Position numbers and translations under genes: made by a program. Positions 45,709 to 54,767 of a stretch of 64,000 nucleotides of DNA are shown one piece after another. Below the pieces are notes generated by a model. The model was given only the letters and a program-made list of their open reading frames with translations, was not told where the DNA came from and ran no database searches. Location of the stretch: contig CBDCJH010000002.1 in NCBI GenBank assembly GCA_965217775.1, positions 224,001 through 288,000 on the forward strand, read 5' to 3'. Every line of letters starts with the position of its first letter. The first letter of the stretch is position 1. The DNA comes from Acidobacteriota bacterium (lineage in GTDB: Bacteria > Acidobacteriota > UBA6911 > RPQK01 > JAJDTT01).

Positions 45709-47367
45709 ATGATGCGTTCGGTCTGGATCCTGGGACTGCTCCTGTCCACGCCCTGGGCGGCACCGATTCCAGGCAGCCGGAGTCGGGATAAACAGGTCGA
45801 GTTCGTCGACGTAACAGCTCGGTCCGGAATCTCTTTCCGGCATTTCAACGCGGCCACCGGCAGAAAGTACCTGGTCGAGACCATGGGGCCGGGGTGTGCC
45901 TTCATCGACTACGATCGCGACGGAGACCTGGACATCTACTTCGTCAACGGACAGGCCCTTCCCGGATTCCGGCCATCGGACCTCCTGACCAACCAGCTCT
46001 TTCGCAACAACGGCAATGGGACCTTCACCGACGTGACCGAAGCCGCCGGTGTCGAGGGGCCCGGCTACGGCATGGGTGTCGCCGTGGGGGACTATGACAA
46101 CGACGGTTTCCCCGACCTCTACGTCACCAACTATGGACCGAACCTGCTGTACCGCAACAACGGGAACGGGACCTTCACCGACGTCAGCCGGCGAGCCGGA
46201 GTGGGCCACGATTCGTGGGGTGCCAGCGCCGCCTTTTTCGACTATGACCGGGACGGAGATCTGGACCTCTACGTCACGAACTACGTCGCTTTCGACCTCC
46301 GAAACAATCCCTTCTGCGGCATTGGGTCCCACTCCCGTTCGTACTGCCACCCCGATCACTTCAATGGCGTTTCGGACGTCCTTTACCGTAACGACGGTGA
46401 CGGCAGCTTCAGCGACGTGACCCGGGAGGCCGGCGTATTCAATCGGGAAGGAAAGGGTCTCGGCTTGGTGGCGGCGGACTTCAATCGCGACGGCTATCAG
46501 GATCTGTACGTGGCCAACGATTCGGTGGCGAATTTTCTGTACCTGAACCAGCAGGGACGGAGGTTTTCCGAGGTCGGCTTCTTCTCGGGATCCGCCTACA
46601 GCGGCTATGGGGAACCCCAGGCGGGAATGGGCGTGGCCGTCGGCGACTACGATGGCGACGGTTGGGCCGACCTTCTGGTGACCAACCTCTCTCTCGAAGG
46701 TTACGTCCTCTACCGGAACGAAGCGGGTGACCGGTTCGCGGATGTCACCTTTCCGGCCGGGATCGGGGCTCCCAGCCTCCTCCTCACCGGCTGGGGTACG
46801 GGGTTTTTCGACTACGACAACGACGGGGACCAGGATCTGATCGTGACCAACGGCCACGTGATCGACAATATCGAGGTGAGCCAGGATACTCTGACCTACC
46901 TGCAGCCGAAACGCTTGTTCGAGAACCATTCGGGAAAATTCACCGAAGTCACCGGATTGTTGGGGAACGACCTGGTCAAGCCGGCCGCGGGGAGGGGTCT
47001 CGCCTTAGGGGACTACGACAACGACGGGGACGTCGACGTGCTGGTGACCAACTGCAACCAGCCGCCGAATCTGCTGCGCAACGATGGGGGCAACGACAGG
47101 AACTGGCTCCAGATCCGCCCCCGTGGGCGTCGCAGCAACCGCGACGGCGTGGGAGTGGTCATTCGGGTCACGGCCGGGGATAGAACTCAGGTCGGGGAGG
47201 CCGTTGGCGGAAGCAGTTACCTCTCCACCCATGATCGGCTGCTGCATTTCGGCTTGGGCCGAAATCACACCGTCGACCGAATCGAGATCCAGTGGCCCTC
47301 GGGAGCACGAGAGGTCCTGACCGAAACCGAAGCGAATCAGCTGTTGACGATGGAGGAACCGGAGTGA
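45709..47367 (+). CDS. CRTAC1 family FG-GAP / ASPIC-UnbV protein
   Basis: Multiple DYDxDGDLD repeats, LYRNNGNGTFTDV, C-terminal GSSYLS..LHFGLG..IQWPSG. Confidence 0.92.
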   Translation: MMRSVWILGLLLSTPWAAPIPGSRSRDKQVEFVDVTARSGISFRHFNAATGRKYLVETMGPGCAFIDYDRDGDLDIYFVNGQALPGFRPSDLLTNQLFRNNGNGTFTDVTEAAGVEGPGYGMGVAVGDYDNDGFPDLYVTNYGPNLLYRNNGNGTFTDVSRRAGVGHDSWGASAAFFDYDRDGDLDLYVTNYVAFDLRNNPFCGIGSHSRSYCHPDHFNGVSDVLYRNDGDGSFSDVTREAGVFNREGKGLGLVAADFNRDGYQDLYVANDSVANFLYLNQQGRRFSEVGFFSGSAYSGYGEPQAGMGVAVGDYDGDGWADLLVTNLSLEGYVLYRNEAGDRFADVTFPAGIGAPSLLLTGWGTGFFDYDNDGDQDLIVTNGHVIDNIEVSQDTLTYLQPKRLFENHSGKFTEVTGLLGNDLVKPAAGRGLALGDYDNDGDVDVLVTNCNQPPNLLRNDGGNDRNWLQIRPRGRRSNRDGVGVVIRVTAGDRTQVGEAVGGSSYLSTHDRLLHFGLGRNHTVDRIEIQWPSGAREVLTETEANQLLTMEEPE

Positions 47368-48506
47368 TGGCGTCGCCGGACCGAGCTGGCTGGTTCCGGC
47401 TGTTTCTCTCCCTGGCCCTACTGGGGAGTCCCTTTGCGTATGGCGATTTCTTGAAAGCTTGGTCCCAGGATCGCCAGGCGCTGCTGCGGGAGGGCATCCA
47501 AGCCCTGCGTCGGGACGACCTTGCTGCTGCCGTAAGGGTCCTGGACAAACTTGTCAGACAGCGACCTCATTTTGCGGACGGGCACTACTGGTTAGGCTTG
47601 GCTCACCTGGAACAGAATCAGACGGCCCGGGCGGAGGAGGCTTTGAGCCGGGCAGTCGAACTCCAGCCGCGTTACCCGGAAGCCTACAATGCCCTGGGAG
47701 TTCTCTACGATCGCCAGGGACAGTTCCAAAAATCCGAAACCGCCTTCCGGCAGGCGATCGTCCTGAACCCGGAGCATGCCGGGGCCCATTACAATCAGGC
47801 TCTCAGCTACGCAACGCAGGGAAGATTGCAAGATTCGCTTGAAGCTCTCGAGCGAGTTCTGGATTTGGACTCGTCTCACGCACAGGCTCATTTTCAGCTG
47901 GCTCTGGTCCACTTCAGACAGCACCGATTCAGCGTGGCTGCGGCCTGGTTCGAGAAGTACCTGAAACTGAGACCCGGGGATCCGGAGGGTCATCTCAAAC
48001 TGGGCGACGTCCAATACAACCGGAAGAATTTTCGGGCCGCGATCCAATCCTTCGAGCAAGCCACCCGACTGGATCCCAACTCGGCCCAGACTCACGCTCA
48101 CCTGGGCTATGCCTACCGCACCGTCGGCTTCTACCGGAAGGCGTTCGAATCCTTGCGCCGAGCGGTGACAATCGATCCGGAGAATGTCGAAGGTTGCTTC
48201 AACCTCTCAGTGCTTCTCTTTGAAGAGGGCGATGTGAAGCAGGCCGAAGCGTACTTGGCGAAGGCTCTTCGCCGGGATCCGAGGCATTTGCCCTCCCTCT
48301 TCCATCGAGGGAGGATCCACCTGAGTCAGAACCGGCTTCAGGAGGCGGCCGCCGATTTTGAGCAAGTTTTGGCTGAAGACCCCGACCGGACTCAGGCCTA
48401 CTATCAACTGGCCCAGACCTACCAGCGCCTGGGCCGACACGGGGCCGCAGGGGAAGCGCTGAGGAGGCTACGTCGGTTCGAGAAGGAACTCCGGCGGAAC
48501 TACTGA
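47367..48506 (+). CDS. Secreted TPR-repeat protein
   Basis: Many TPR units (AYNALGVLY, AHYNQALSY, AYYQLAQTY); ATG overlaps the upstream TGA. Confidence 0.9.
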   Translation: MASPDRAGWFRLFLSLALLGSPFAYGDFLKAWSQDRQALLREGIQALRRDDLAAAVRVLDKLVRQRPHFADGHYWLGLAHLEQNQTARAEEALSRAVELQPRYPEAYNALGVLYDRQGQFQKSETAFRQAIVLNPEHAGAHYNQALSYATQGRLQDSLEALERVLDLDSSHAQAHFQLALVHFRQHRFSVAAAWFEKYLKLRPGDPEGHLKLGDVQYNRKNFRAAIQSFEQATRLDPNSAQTHAHLGYAYRTVGFYRKAFESLRRAVTIDPENVEGCFNLSVLLFEEGDVKQAEAYLAKALRRDPRHLPSLFHRGRIHLSQNRLQEAAADFEQVLAEDPDRTQAYYQLAQTYQRLGRHGAAGEALRRLRRFEKELRRNY

Positions 48507-48510
48507 AAGA

Positions 48511-48598
48511 AAGCACCATATCCCAAGCACCAAATTGGGAATGACCCGGTTTCCGTAGCGGGTTCGAGATTTGATCTTGGTTTGGAATTTGGCGCTTG
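48511..48598. repeat. Heptamer-periodic inverted repeat element, second copy
   Basis: ATCCCAAGCACCAAAT is identical to 36821-36836; GTTTGGAATTTGGCGCTTG is the reverse complement of 36843-36861 with one mismatch. Confidence 0.7.
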
Positions 48599-48603
48599 CC
48601 TCA

Positions 48604-49845
48604 TCAGGGGCCAAGCGCCTCAGAGTAGATCCAATCGATGTCCAGTCCTCTGATCTTCAGTCCCTCGGAAGTGGGATTACGCTGGCCGACCTTGTAGCTC
48701 AGGAGCATTTGGTCGGTCCCTTTGGGAAAGATGAACGCGGGATAGTGGGACGCCAGATATTCCGTCTCCAGGTATTTGACATTTTCCCAGGTCTGCCCTT
48801 CGTCTTTCGAAAGAGCGAGCGCCAACGGCGTCCGCGCCTTCTTGGGTGAGTAGTTCCAGACGATCACCAGGTCTCCGGTGCTCGGAATTCGCATGATGGC
48901 GGCGGGAGAACGAGGTGCGACCAATTGCTCGATAGGCTCCGGATCGCTCCAGGTGAGACCTTCATCCCGGGAGTAGGACTTGTACACTCGCTCGTGAACA
49001 TTGCGGATGACCATCATGATTGAGCCGTCCTTGAGCTCCACTACACCCGGTTCCTGAACCCCAGTCGGATACTTTGGGAGCCGGACCGTGGATTGGCTGC
49101 GATGCCAAGTCCGACCGTCGTCGTCGGAGTAGAGGCAGAATCCCTCCCACGAATACCCACCTCGTCTGGAACCACGGGAATCGAGAGGAGATCCGTAGTA
49201 CTTTCGGGCGTCAGGGATAAAAGAGAAAGGGGCCAGGAGACGCCCTGATTCAAGCTGGATCACCCGGTGGTTGATCAGAATGTAGTAGGCGGGGATTCCC
49301 GTCATTCTCACCGGTTCGGACCAAGTCTCGCCTTCATCGCCGGATCTCCTGATGTAATAGGGGAAATTCCGGTAGGAGTTCATTTCTCCGTAGAAGAAGG
49401 CGATTCCTCCGCTCCGGAGCCGGAGCAGACTGGGCGGTCCCGAGCGGCCGAAACTGTCCTTGGAGGTGATCTCATGCAGGATGAAGGGCCGTCCCCAGGT
49501 CCGCCCGCCGTCCCCCGAGATCCTGCCGGTGACGTTGGCCGGCGAGCGGTCAATGGTCTCCCCCAGAATGGTCCAATTGTTGTATGCCAGCAGGATCCTT
49601 CCGTCCTTGAGCTGGACCATGGTCCCGTTGCCGTAGCGTTTGTACGGAACCATGGGCGCCACCATCACCTCGAAGTTCTCCGCCGGCAGAAGAATGGACG
49701 TGGCCCACCAGATCAGCGCCGTCCTGCAGCACAGTTGCCACGATCGGTAGAGTCTCCTCCGATTCTCGCCACCGCATCTCAATCCGCAGCGCCTTCGATC
49801 CTCAGCATATGGCACGGTCTGTTCCCCCTTCTGTCTCGGTTCCAA
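48604..49845 (-). CDS. Asp-box sialidase-like protein (type B', paralogue of 42768..43880)
   Basis: Shared AENFEVMVAP, WTILGET, QEPGxVELKDGS, IRNxHERVY, IVWNYSPK and ENxKYLE blocks. The start is uncertain. Confidence 0.83.
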   Translation of the reverse strand: MEPRQKGEQTVPYAEDRRRCGLRCGGENRRRLYRSWQLCCRTALIWWATSILLPAENFEVMVAPMVPYKRYGNGTMVQLKDGRILLAYNNWTILGETIDRSPANVTGRISGDGGRTWGRPFILHEITSKDSFGRSGPPSLLRLRSGGIAFFYGEMNSYRNFPYYIRRSGDEGETWSEPVRMTGIPAYYILINHRVIQLESGRLLAPFSFIPDARKYYGSPLDSRGSRRGGYSWEGFCLYSDDDGRTWHRSQSTVRLPKYPTGVQEPGVVELKDGSIMMVIRNVHERVYKSYSRDEGLTWSDPEPIEQLVAPRSPAAIMRIPSTGDLVIVWNYSPKKARTPLALALSKDEGQTWENVKYLETEYLASHYPAFIFPKGTDQMLLSYKVGQRNPTSEGLKIRGLDIDWIYSEALGP

Positions 49846-49849
49846 TCAG

Positions 49850-50305
49850 GTGACTGATCCTCGACCCAGTCGGGATCGATGCGGAGCAGATCACGCCGGC
49901 TCATCCCGATGGTTCGCTCGATGCAATGGTAGCGGAGCAGAACGAACCCGTCGCTGGTCTGGCACAGGAAGGGGTATCGCATCTGGGCGTTTCCGGGATC
50001 AGGCGTTGAGGGTCCGGCGATCAGTCTGGATGGACTCCAGGTCTTTCCGTATGATCCGACTTCTCTTTCGACCAACTGCGTCCCTGGTCATTGGAGTAGC
50101 GAACGTAAGCCGGCTGTTCGGGCCCGTTGAGGGAACCGTCCTCGCCTGCCCGTCCCAGCGTGTAGAGGGTCAGCAGGCGTCCGTCCTGGAGTTGGACGAT
50201 TTGACCGATCTTGCCGGTGTAACGGATGCGCTCGGGTGCAACTTCCGCCGCAGCATTGCCCCAAACGGCTGTCACAGTCAGGAACAGCAGGATTGCTCTT
50301 GGCAG
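49850..50305 (-). pseudogene. Internally deleted, frameshifted copy of the type A Asp-box gene (40426..41586)
   Basis: N-terminal part (..GKIGQIVQLQDGRLLTLYTLGR..SNDQGRSWSKE) joined out of frame at ~50050-50062 to the C-terminal part (GKTWSPSRLIAGPSTPDPGNAQMRYPFLCQ..RIDPDW). The ATG-equivalent codon is CTG at 50305. Confidence 0.82.
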
Positions 50306-50439
50306 GGTCCGGTTCGAATTGTAGTTTGGGGCTTGTTCCAGGGACAACCCCCGCCTGGAATGAAGCTGGCTCCAAGGCTTCGGTGGCGACGGCGGACGAG
50401 GGGATTCGGGAAACTGGCATTGAAAATCGGGATTTGAAA

Positions 50440-52962
50440 ATGAAAACTTTTTCGGCTTTTGGAATTTTGAATCTGTTACTGACACTCTCGTTGATGCTTG
50501 AGGTTTTCGCCCTGGCGTCGGCCGAAGCCGGCGTCCCGCTCGATTCCTATCTGGAGGGTGCGGCTCCACCGTCCGAGGTCGTCTCCGGCTTCACCCTGGC
50601 GTTCGAGGGGGATCTGGACCACGCGGTACAATTCCAACTGGGTCCGTCTCCGGCGCTCCTGGTTCGCGCCGATCTCACCTTTCCCAACGGAGGATCGACT
50701 CGCCAGGAGCGGTACCTTGAAGCCTCCAGCGATGCCCGCCGGGTGAGTTTCGGCCTCGGTCCGCTGCTGGGACACGGGCCCTGGGCGCATCGGCCCCGGC
50801 AGTTCTATCCCGGGGAGTACACGCTCAGGATCTCGGGCCGGGATCCGGTTACGGAAAAAATCCTCTTCCTGACTCTGTTTCGCCTTCCGCCCCAGGAATG
50901 GATCTGGGCCGACCTGGATCGGCTCCTGTACATCGACGACGCCCAAGCAGGCCTGGACCTGAAACTGCTCCCGGGCGCCCTGGTAGACGAACTTCCGGCG
51001 GTTGTGGATCTGGTCGAGCCTTTGACCGGCCAACGGGTCGCCGAGCCCGTTCGGATATCGCTGACCCGGCGCAACACCCGCGTGACCCTCTCCCTGGAGG
51101 ATCTGCCGCCGGGAACCTATCGGGCTCGCGTCCGGTTCCTGCGGGACGGGGTGGTCTCCCCGGACGGGGTGGCCAGAACCCTCCAACTCTTTCGAAACGG
51201 ACCGGCGCCGCGCGTGGGCGATGCGGCCAAGATCGGCGATGGACCGCAACTCCTCGTGGACGACTACCTGGTCGCCGAGTCGCGCGGTCTCCGCAAAGTG
51301 TTTCACCCGGCGCGAAAAGTGACGGACGGGCCCATCCTCTCCCCCGACCGGCCCTATGAAGGCCACTCCATCCTGTTGGACAACTCGGCCCGCTACAATC
51401 GGGAAAAGAATCGCTACGAACTGACCTACCGCCACGTCAACTACGACCAGACCCGCTATCACATGCTGGCCGTCTCAGAAGACCTTCTCACCTGGACGAA
51501 GCCGGATCTGGGTCGAGTGGAGTTCGACGGCTCGCGAGCCAACAATATCCTGGCCGGGTTTGACGTGACAAAGCCGGGGGAACTCTTTCCCGTCTTCGCC
51601 GGTGTCTGGGACTACGCGCGCCGGGGAAACCCGGACCTGCGCCGGGCCCGGCTGTGGCTCTTCACCGGCCGGCAGACGAGTGATCGATGGGCCCTGAGCC
51701 GCGGCTACTATCTGGTGGTCTGGGACCAGGACGGGAAGAGCTACGTCACCAGCCCGACGCCGGTGTTTGGGCTGGGACAGGGCGGCACCGAAACCATGTC
51801 CGTCTCCGGCGACACCTCGGCGGCCATGGGCTACGACGGCGCCACCGGCGAGTTCGTGGCTTACACTTCCCCGGGTCCCCCCAACCGGGGGCGCGGCCGG
51901 ATCCGGTACGACAACTCCACCAAGGCCCGGACCCTGGCCCGTCACGCCACCCGGGATGGCATCAACTGGGAGGCTCGTTATCTTTGGGTTCCCGAGGTCT
52001 CCGATCCCAACCTCCACAACTACGGCTTCCGCGTGCGGAAGAGCGGAGACTCGTACCTGGGGTTCTTCCCCCGCTACAACGTCCGCACCCAGCACCTGGA
52101 TCTGCAGCTCTGGGTGAGCCGCAACGGCGTCCACTGGGAGCAGCCGGGCGGAGCTCAGGCATGGCTGGCCAACGGCCCGCCGGGATCGTTCGACTGGGGG
52201 GTCGTCTACATGCCCACCGGCTGGCACCGGCAGGGCGGGCGAACCCGAATTTTCTATCACGGGGCCAACTACCTCCACTTCCACGCCTGGGTTCGCGAGA
52301 AGCTCTCGGGTCTGTACAGCGGCATGGGGGGGAAGGACGCGCAAGATCTTGTTACCGACGAGGCCTTCGTGGAACGTCCCTACCTGGCGCCGCCCTCGAC
52401 CAGAGGCTTCTCCTGGTCACTGATGCCCTCAGGTTGGAGCTGGAGACGGGGAGCTCATGGCACGGTAGACGATGCCAGAATCCGCTTCTGGGCGGATCTG
52501 ACCGCCAATACCGGAGAGACGCCCGAGTCGTTCCTTTCCAAAAGCCCCGACTTCCGGATCTGGCCCGGTCTGGCCGAATTCCGGACCAACGGTTTCGTCT
52601 CCCGGAGAGCCGGCCGCGATATAGGGGTCCTGACCACCCGTCCGCTCGTCTTCCAGGGCCGGCTCCTCACGGTCAACGCCCAGGTGCCTCAAGGAGATCT
52701 GAAGGTGGAGGTGCTGGATTCCGAGGGGAATCCCCTTGAGGGGTACACCCAAGCGGACTGCGTTCTCGCCAGCTTCGACGGCGTCCTAGAGCCGGTTCGT
52801 TGGAGGCATCGCGGGGACCTGGGAGAGCTGGCCGGCCGTCCCGTGCGCCTGCGGTTCTATCTCCGGCAGGGAGACCTCTACGCCTTCCGGATCCACCACG
52901 CGGAACCCGTGGCGGATGAATTGATCGAGCCGTTTCCCGGCTCTGAGTTCATGTCGTTCTGA
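50440..52962 (+). CDS. Large secreted GH-like beta-propeller protein, paralogue of 5618..8170
   Basis: Signal peptide, QLLVDDYLV, WTKPDLGRVEFDGSRANNIL, TRDGINW, SRNGVHW, LTTRPLVFQG..VEVLD..RLRFYL. Confidence 0.72.
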   Translation: MKTFSAFGILNLLLTLSLMLEVFALASAEAGVPLDSYLEGAAPPSEVVSGFTLAFEGDLDHAVQFQLGPSPALLVRADLTFPNGGSTRQERYLEASSDARRVSFGLGPLLGHGPWAHRPRQFYPGEYTLRISGRDPVTEKILFLTLFRLPPQEWIWADLDRLLYIDDAQAGLDLKLLPGALVDELPAVVDLVEPLTGQRVAEPVRISLTRRNTRVTLSLEDLPPGTYRARVRFLRDGVVSPDGVARTLQLFRNGPAPRVGDAAKIGDGPQLLVDDYLVAESRGLRKVFHPARKVTDGPILSPDRPYEGHSILLDNSARYNREKNRYELTYRHVNYDQTRYHMLAVSEDLLTWTKPDLGRVEFDGSRANNILAGFDVTKPGELFPVFAGVWDYARRGNPDLRRARLWLFTGRQTSDRWALSRGYYLVVWDQDGKSYVTSPTPVFGLGQGGTETMSVSGDTSAAMGYDGATGEFVAYTSPGPPNRGRGRIRYDNSTKARTLARHATRDGINWEARYLWVPEVSDPNLHNYGFRVRKSGDSYLGFFPRYNVRTQHLDLQLWVSRNGVHWEQPGGAQAWLANGPPGSFDWGVVYMPTGWHRQGGRTRIFYHGANYLHFHAWVREKLSGLYSGMGGKDAQDLVTDEAFVERPYLAPPSTRGFSWSLMPSGWSWRRGAHGTVDDARIRFWADLTANTGETPESFLSKSPDFRIWPGLAEFRTNGFVSRRAGRDIGVLTTRPLVFQGRLLTVNAQVPQGDLKVEVLDSEGNPLEGYTQADCVLASFDGVLEPVRWRHRGDLGELAGRPVRLRFYLRQGDLYAFRIHHAEPVADELIEPFPGSEFMSF

Positions 52963-52999
52963 ATCGGATTCCCGGGACTGCCAAGCGCTGGAGTCGACC

Positions 53000-54595
53000 C
53001 TACCCGCTGCGCAGCACCTGTCCCGGCCTGGCCCCGGTCAGGCGTCCCGACTCCAGGACCGGCGTTCCATTGACCAGTACGTGGACCATTCCCCGGCAGA
53101 CCTGGTTTGGATGGAATGTTGTTCCGCAGTCGGTGAAGGCGTCGGGGTTGAAGATGGCCAGGTCGGCCCAGTTGCCCTTCCGGATCGCGCCCCGGTCCGT
53201 GAGACCCAGGCGCGCGGCGGGGAATGAGGTCATGCGGCGGACGGCTTCCTGGGGCGAGAGCAGGTCCTTGTCCCGGACGAAGGTGCGGTAGAAGTACCCG
53301 GCCCAGGTGTAGGCGCCGTGAAAGGTCTCGTTCCTCAGAGGGCCGTCCGGGGCCAGCGCGATGGCGTCGGAACCGGGCATGCAGTGGGGACTGGAGAAGG
53401 GCAGGTGGAGGTCCGCTTCCTCGTAGGCGAAGCAGATGACCATGGTGGCGTGCAGGTCGTCGATCTCCGCCAGCAGGATCTCGCAGACCGTGTCGAAGAT
53501 CTCCAGGTTCCAAGTCTCGGCAATCTCAGCCAGACTCTTCTGGGAGATCTCCGGCAGCGCCCGGCTCCGGAAGACCACGATCCGGTTCCAGTCCCGTTGA
53601 GCCAGCGAGAGGATGATGCTGTGGTGTTCGCTCATCTCCTTGCGGATGCGGGGATCCTTGAGCCGTTCGGCGATGGCTCCGGGGCCTCCCTCCAGCGCCC
53701 ATTGGGGAAGCATGGTGCTGAGGTTGGTGGTGCCGAAGATGCGCGTGTGCTGGTCGAAGGTGACGTCCTGGCCGCGGGCACGGGCTTCTTCCACCTGATC
53801 AAGGGCCTGCCGGACCGCCCAGTGGCTGTCGGAATCCAGCCGGGCCACGGTGGCGATGTGCGAGATCTGCAGCGGGATCCGAGCTGCAGCCGCGGTCCGG
53901 ATCGCCTCGGCTATGGTCTCCCGGGCCTCGCCCGCCCGGTTTCGAGTGTGGGTGGCGTAGAAGCCGCCCGCCTTCCGGGCCACCCGGCACAGGGCCGCCA
54001 CCTCCTCTTCGCTGGCGCCCTGCTCGCAGTTGTACTCCAGCCCCGTGGAGTATCCGAACGCCCCTTCTTCCAGGGCCTGGGAGAGCAGCTTCTTCATCAG
54101 TCTCAACTCTCCCGGGTCGGCGGGACGATCCGCCAAGCCCAACGTGGCCAAGCGAAGGTTGCCGTTGGCGGCCAGGGTGGCGACGTTGAGGGCCGGTTGG
54201 AGGGACTCCAGGTGATCCAGGTATTGGGCCATGGTCTTCCAGGGGATGCCCAGGGAGGACTGGTAGCCGTAGATGTTGCTGGCCGCCAACTCCACGCTCT
54301 CCACCGGTGCGCAGCCGTGGCCGCAGTTTCCGATGACTTCCAGGGTCACACCCTGGCTGACGGCGCTGACCGCCCGGGGGTCCACCACCAGGGAATAGTC
54401 GGAGTGGCTGTGGATGTCGATGAAACCGGGTGTCACGTAGAGGCCGGAGGCATCGATCCGGGGGACGTCTGCAACGGCTCCGAGGTTCCCGACGTCCGAG
54501 ATTCTGCCCTGGGAGACGGCCACGTCACCGGTTCTCGGCGGGGCGCCGGTCCCGTCCAGCAGGGTCCCGTTGGAGATGATCAGTTCGGGTGGCAT
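53000..54595 (-). CDS. N-acyl-D-amino-acid deacylase (D-aminoacylase)
   Basis: DGTGAP, PGFIDIHSHSD, QGVTLEVIGNCG, STGLEY, DRGAIRKGNWADLAIF. Confidence 0.9.
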   Translation of the reverse strand: MPPELIISNGTLLDGTGAPPRTGDVAVSQGRISDVGNLGAVADVPRIDASGLYVTPGFIDIHSHSDYSLVVDPRAVSAVSQGVTLEVIGNCGHGCAPVESVELAASNIYGYQSSLGIPWKTMAQYLDHLESLQPALNVATLAANGNLRLATLGLADRPADPGELRLMKKLLSQALEEGAFGYSTGLEYNCEQGASEEEVAALCRVARKAGGFYATHTRNRAGEARETIAEAIRTAAAARIPLQISHIATVARLDSDSHWAVRQALDQVEEARARGQDVTFDQHTRIFGTTNLSTMLPQWALEGGPGAIAERLKDPRIRKEMSEHHSIILSLAQRDWNRIVVFRSRALPEISQKSLAEIAETWNLEIFDTVCEILLAEIDDLHATMVICFAYEEADLHLPFSSPHCMPGSDAIALAPDGPLRNETFHGAYTWAGYFYRTFVRDKDLLSPQEAVRRMTSFPAARLGLTDRGAIRKGNWADLAIFNPDAFTDCGTTFHPNQVCRGMVHVLVNGTPVLESGRLTGARPGQVLRSG

Positions 54596-54767
54596 TGCCG
54601 GGTCAGACCAAGGTCAAGCATCGCGTTGCATTCGGGACAAGGATAGTTTTGATCTCCTTGCCGGTAAAGCTCCAAGGGACTTGCAGGAGTTACCCTGCGA
54701 GGGAAAAATCCAATGGCAACCAATTTTCAGAGCCGATCTTGATCTGGAGAAGAAGGGGAACAGCCAC

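Noticed and set aside
45709-47367. Enediyne biosynthesis because of the UnbV domain
   Set aside because: No PKS or other enediyne genes; ASPIC-UnbV/CRTAC1 proteins are common in Acidobacteriota.
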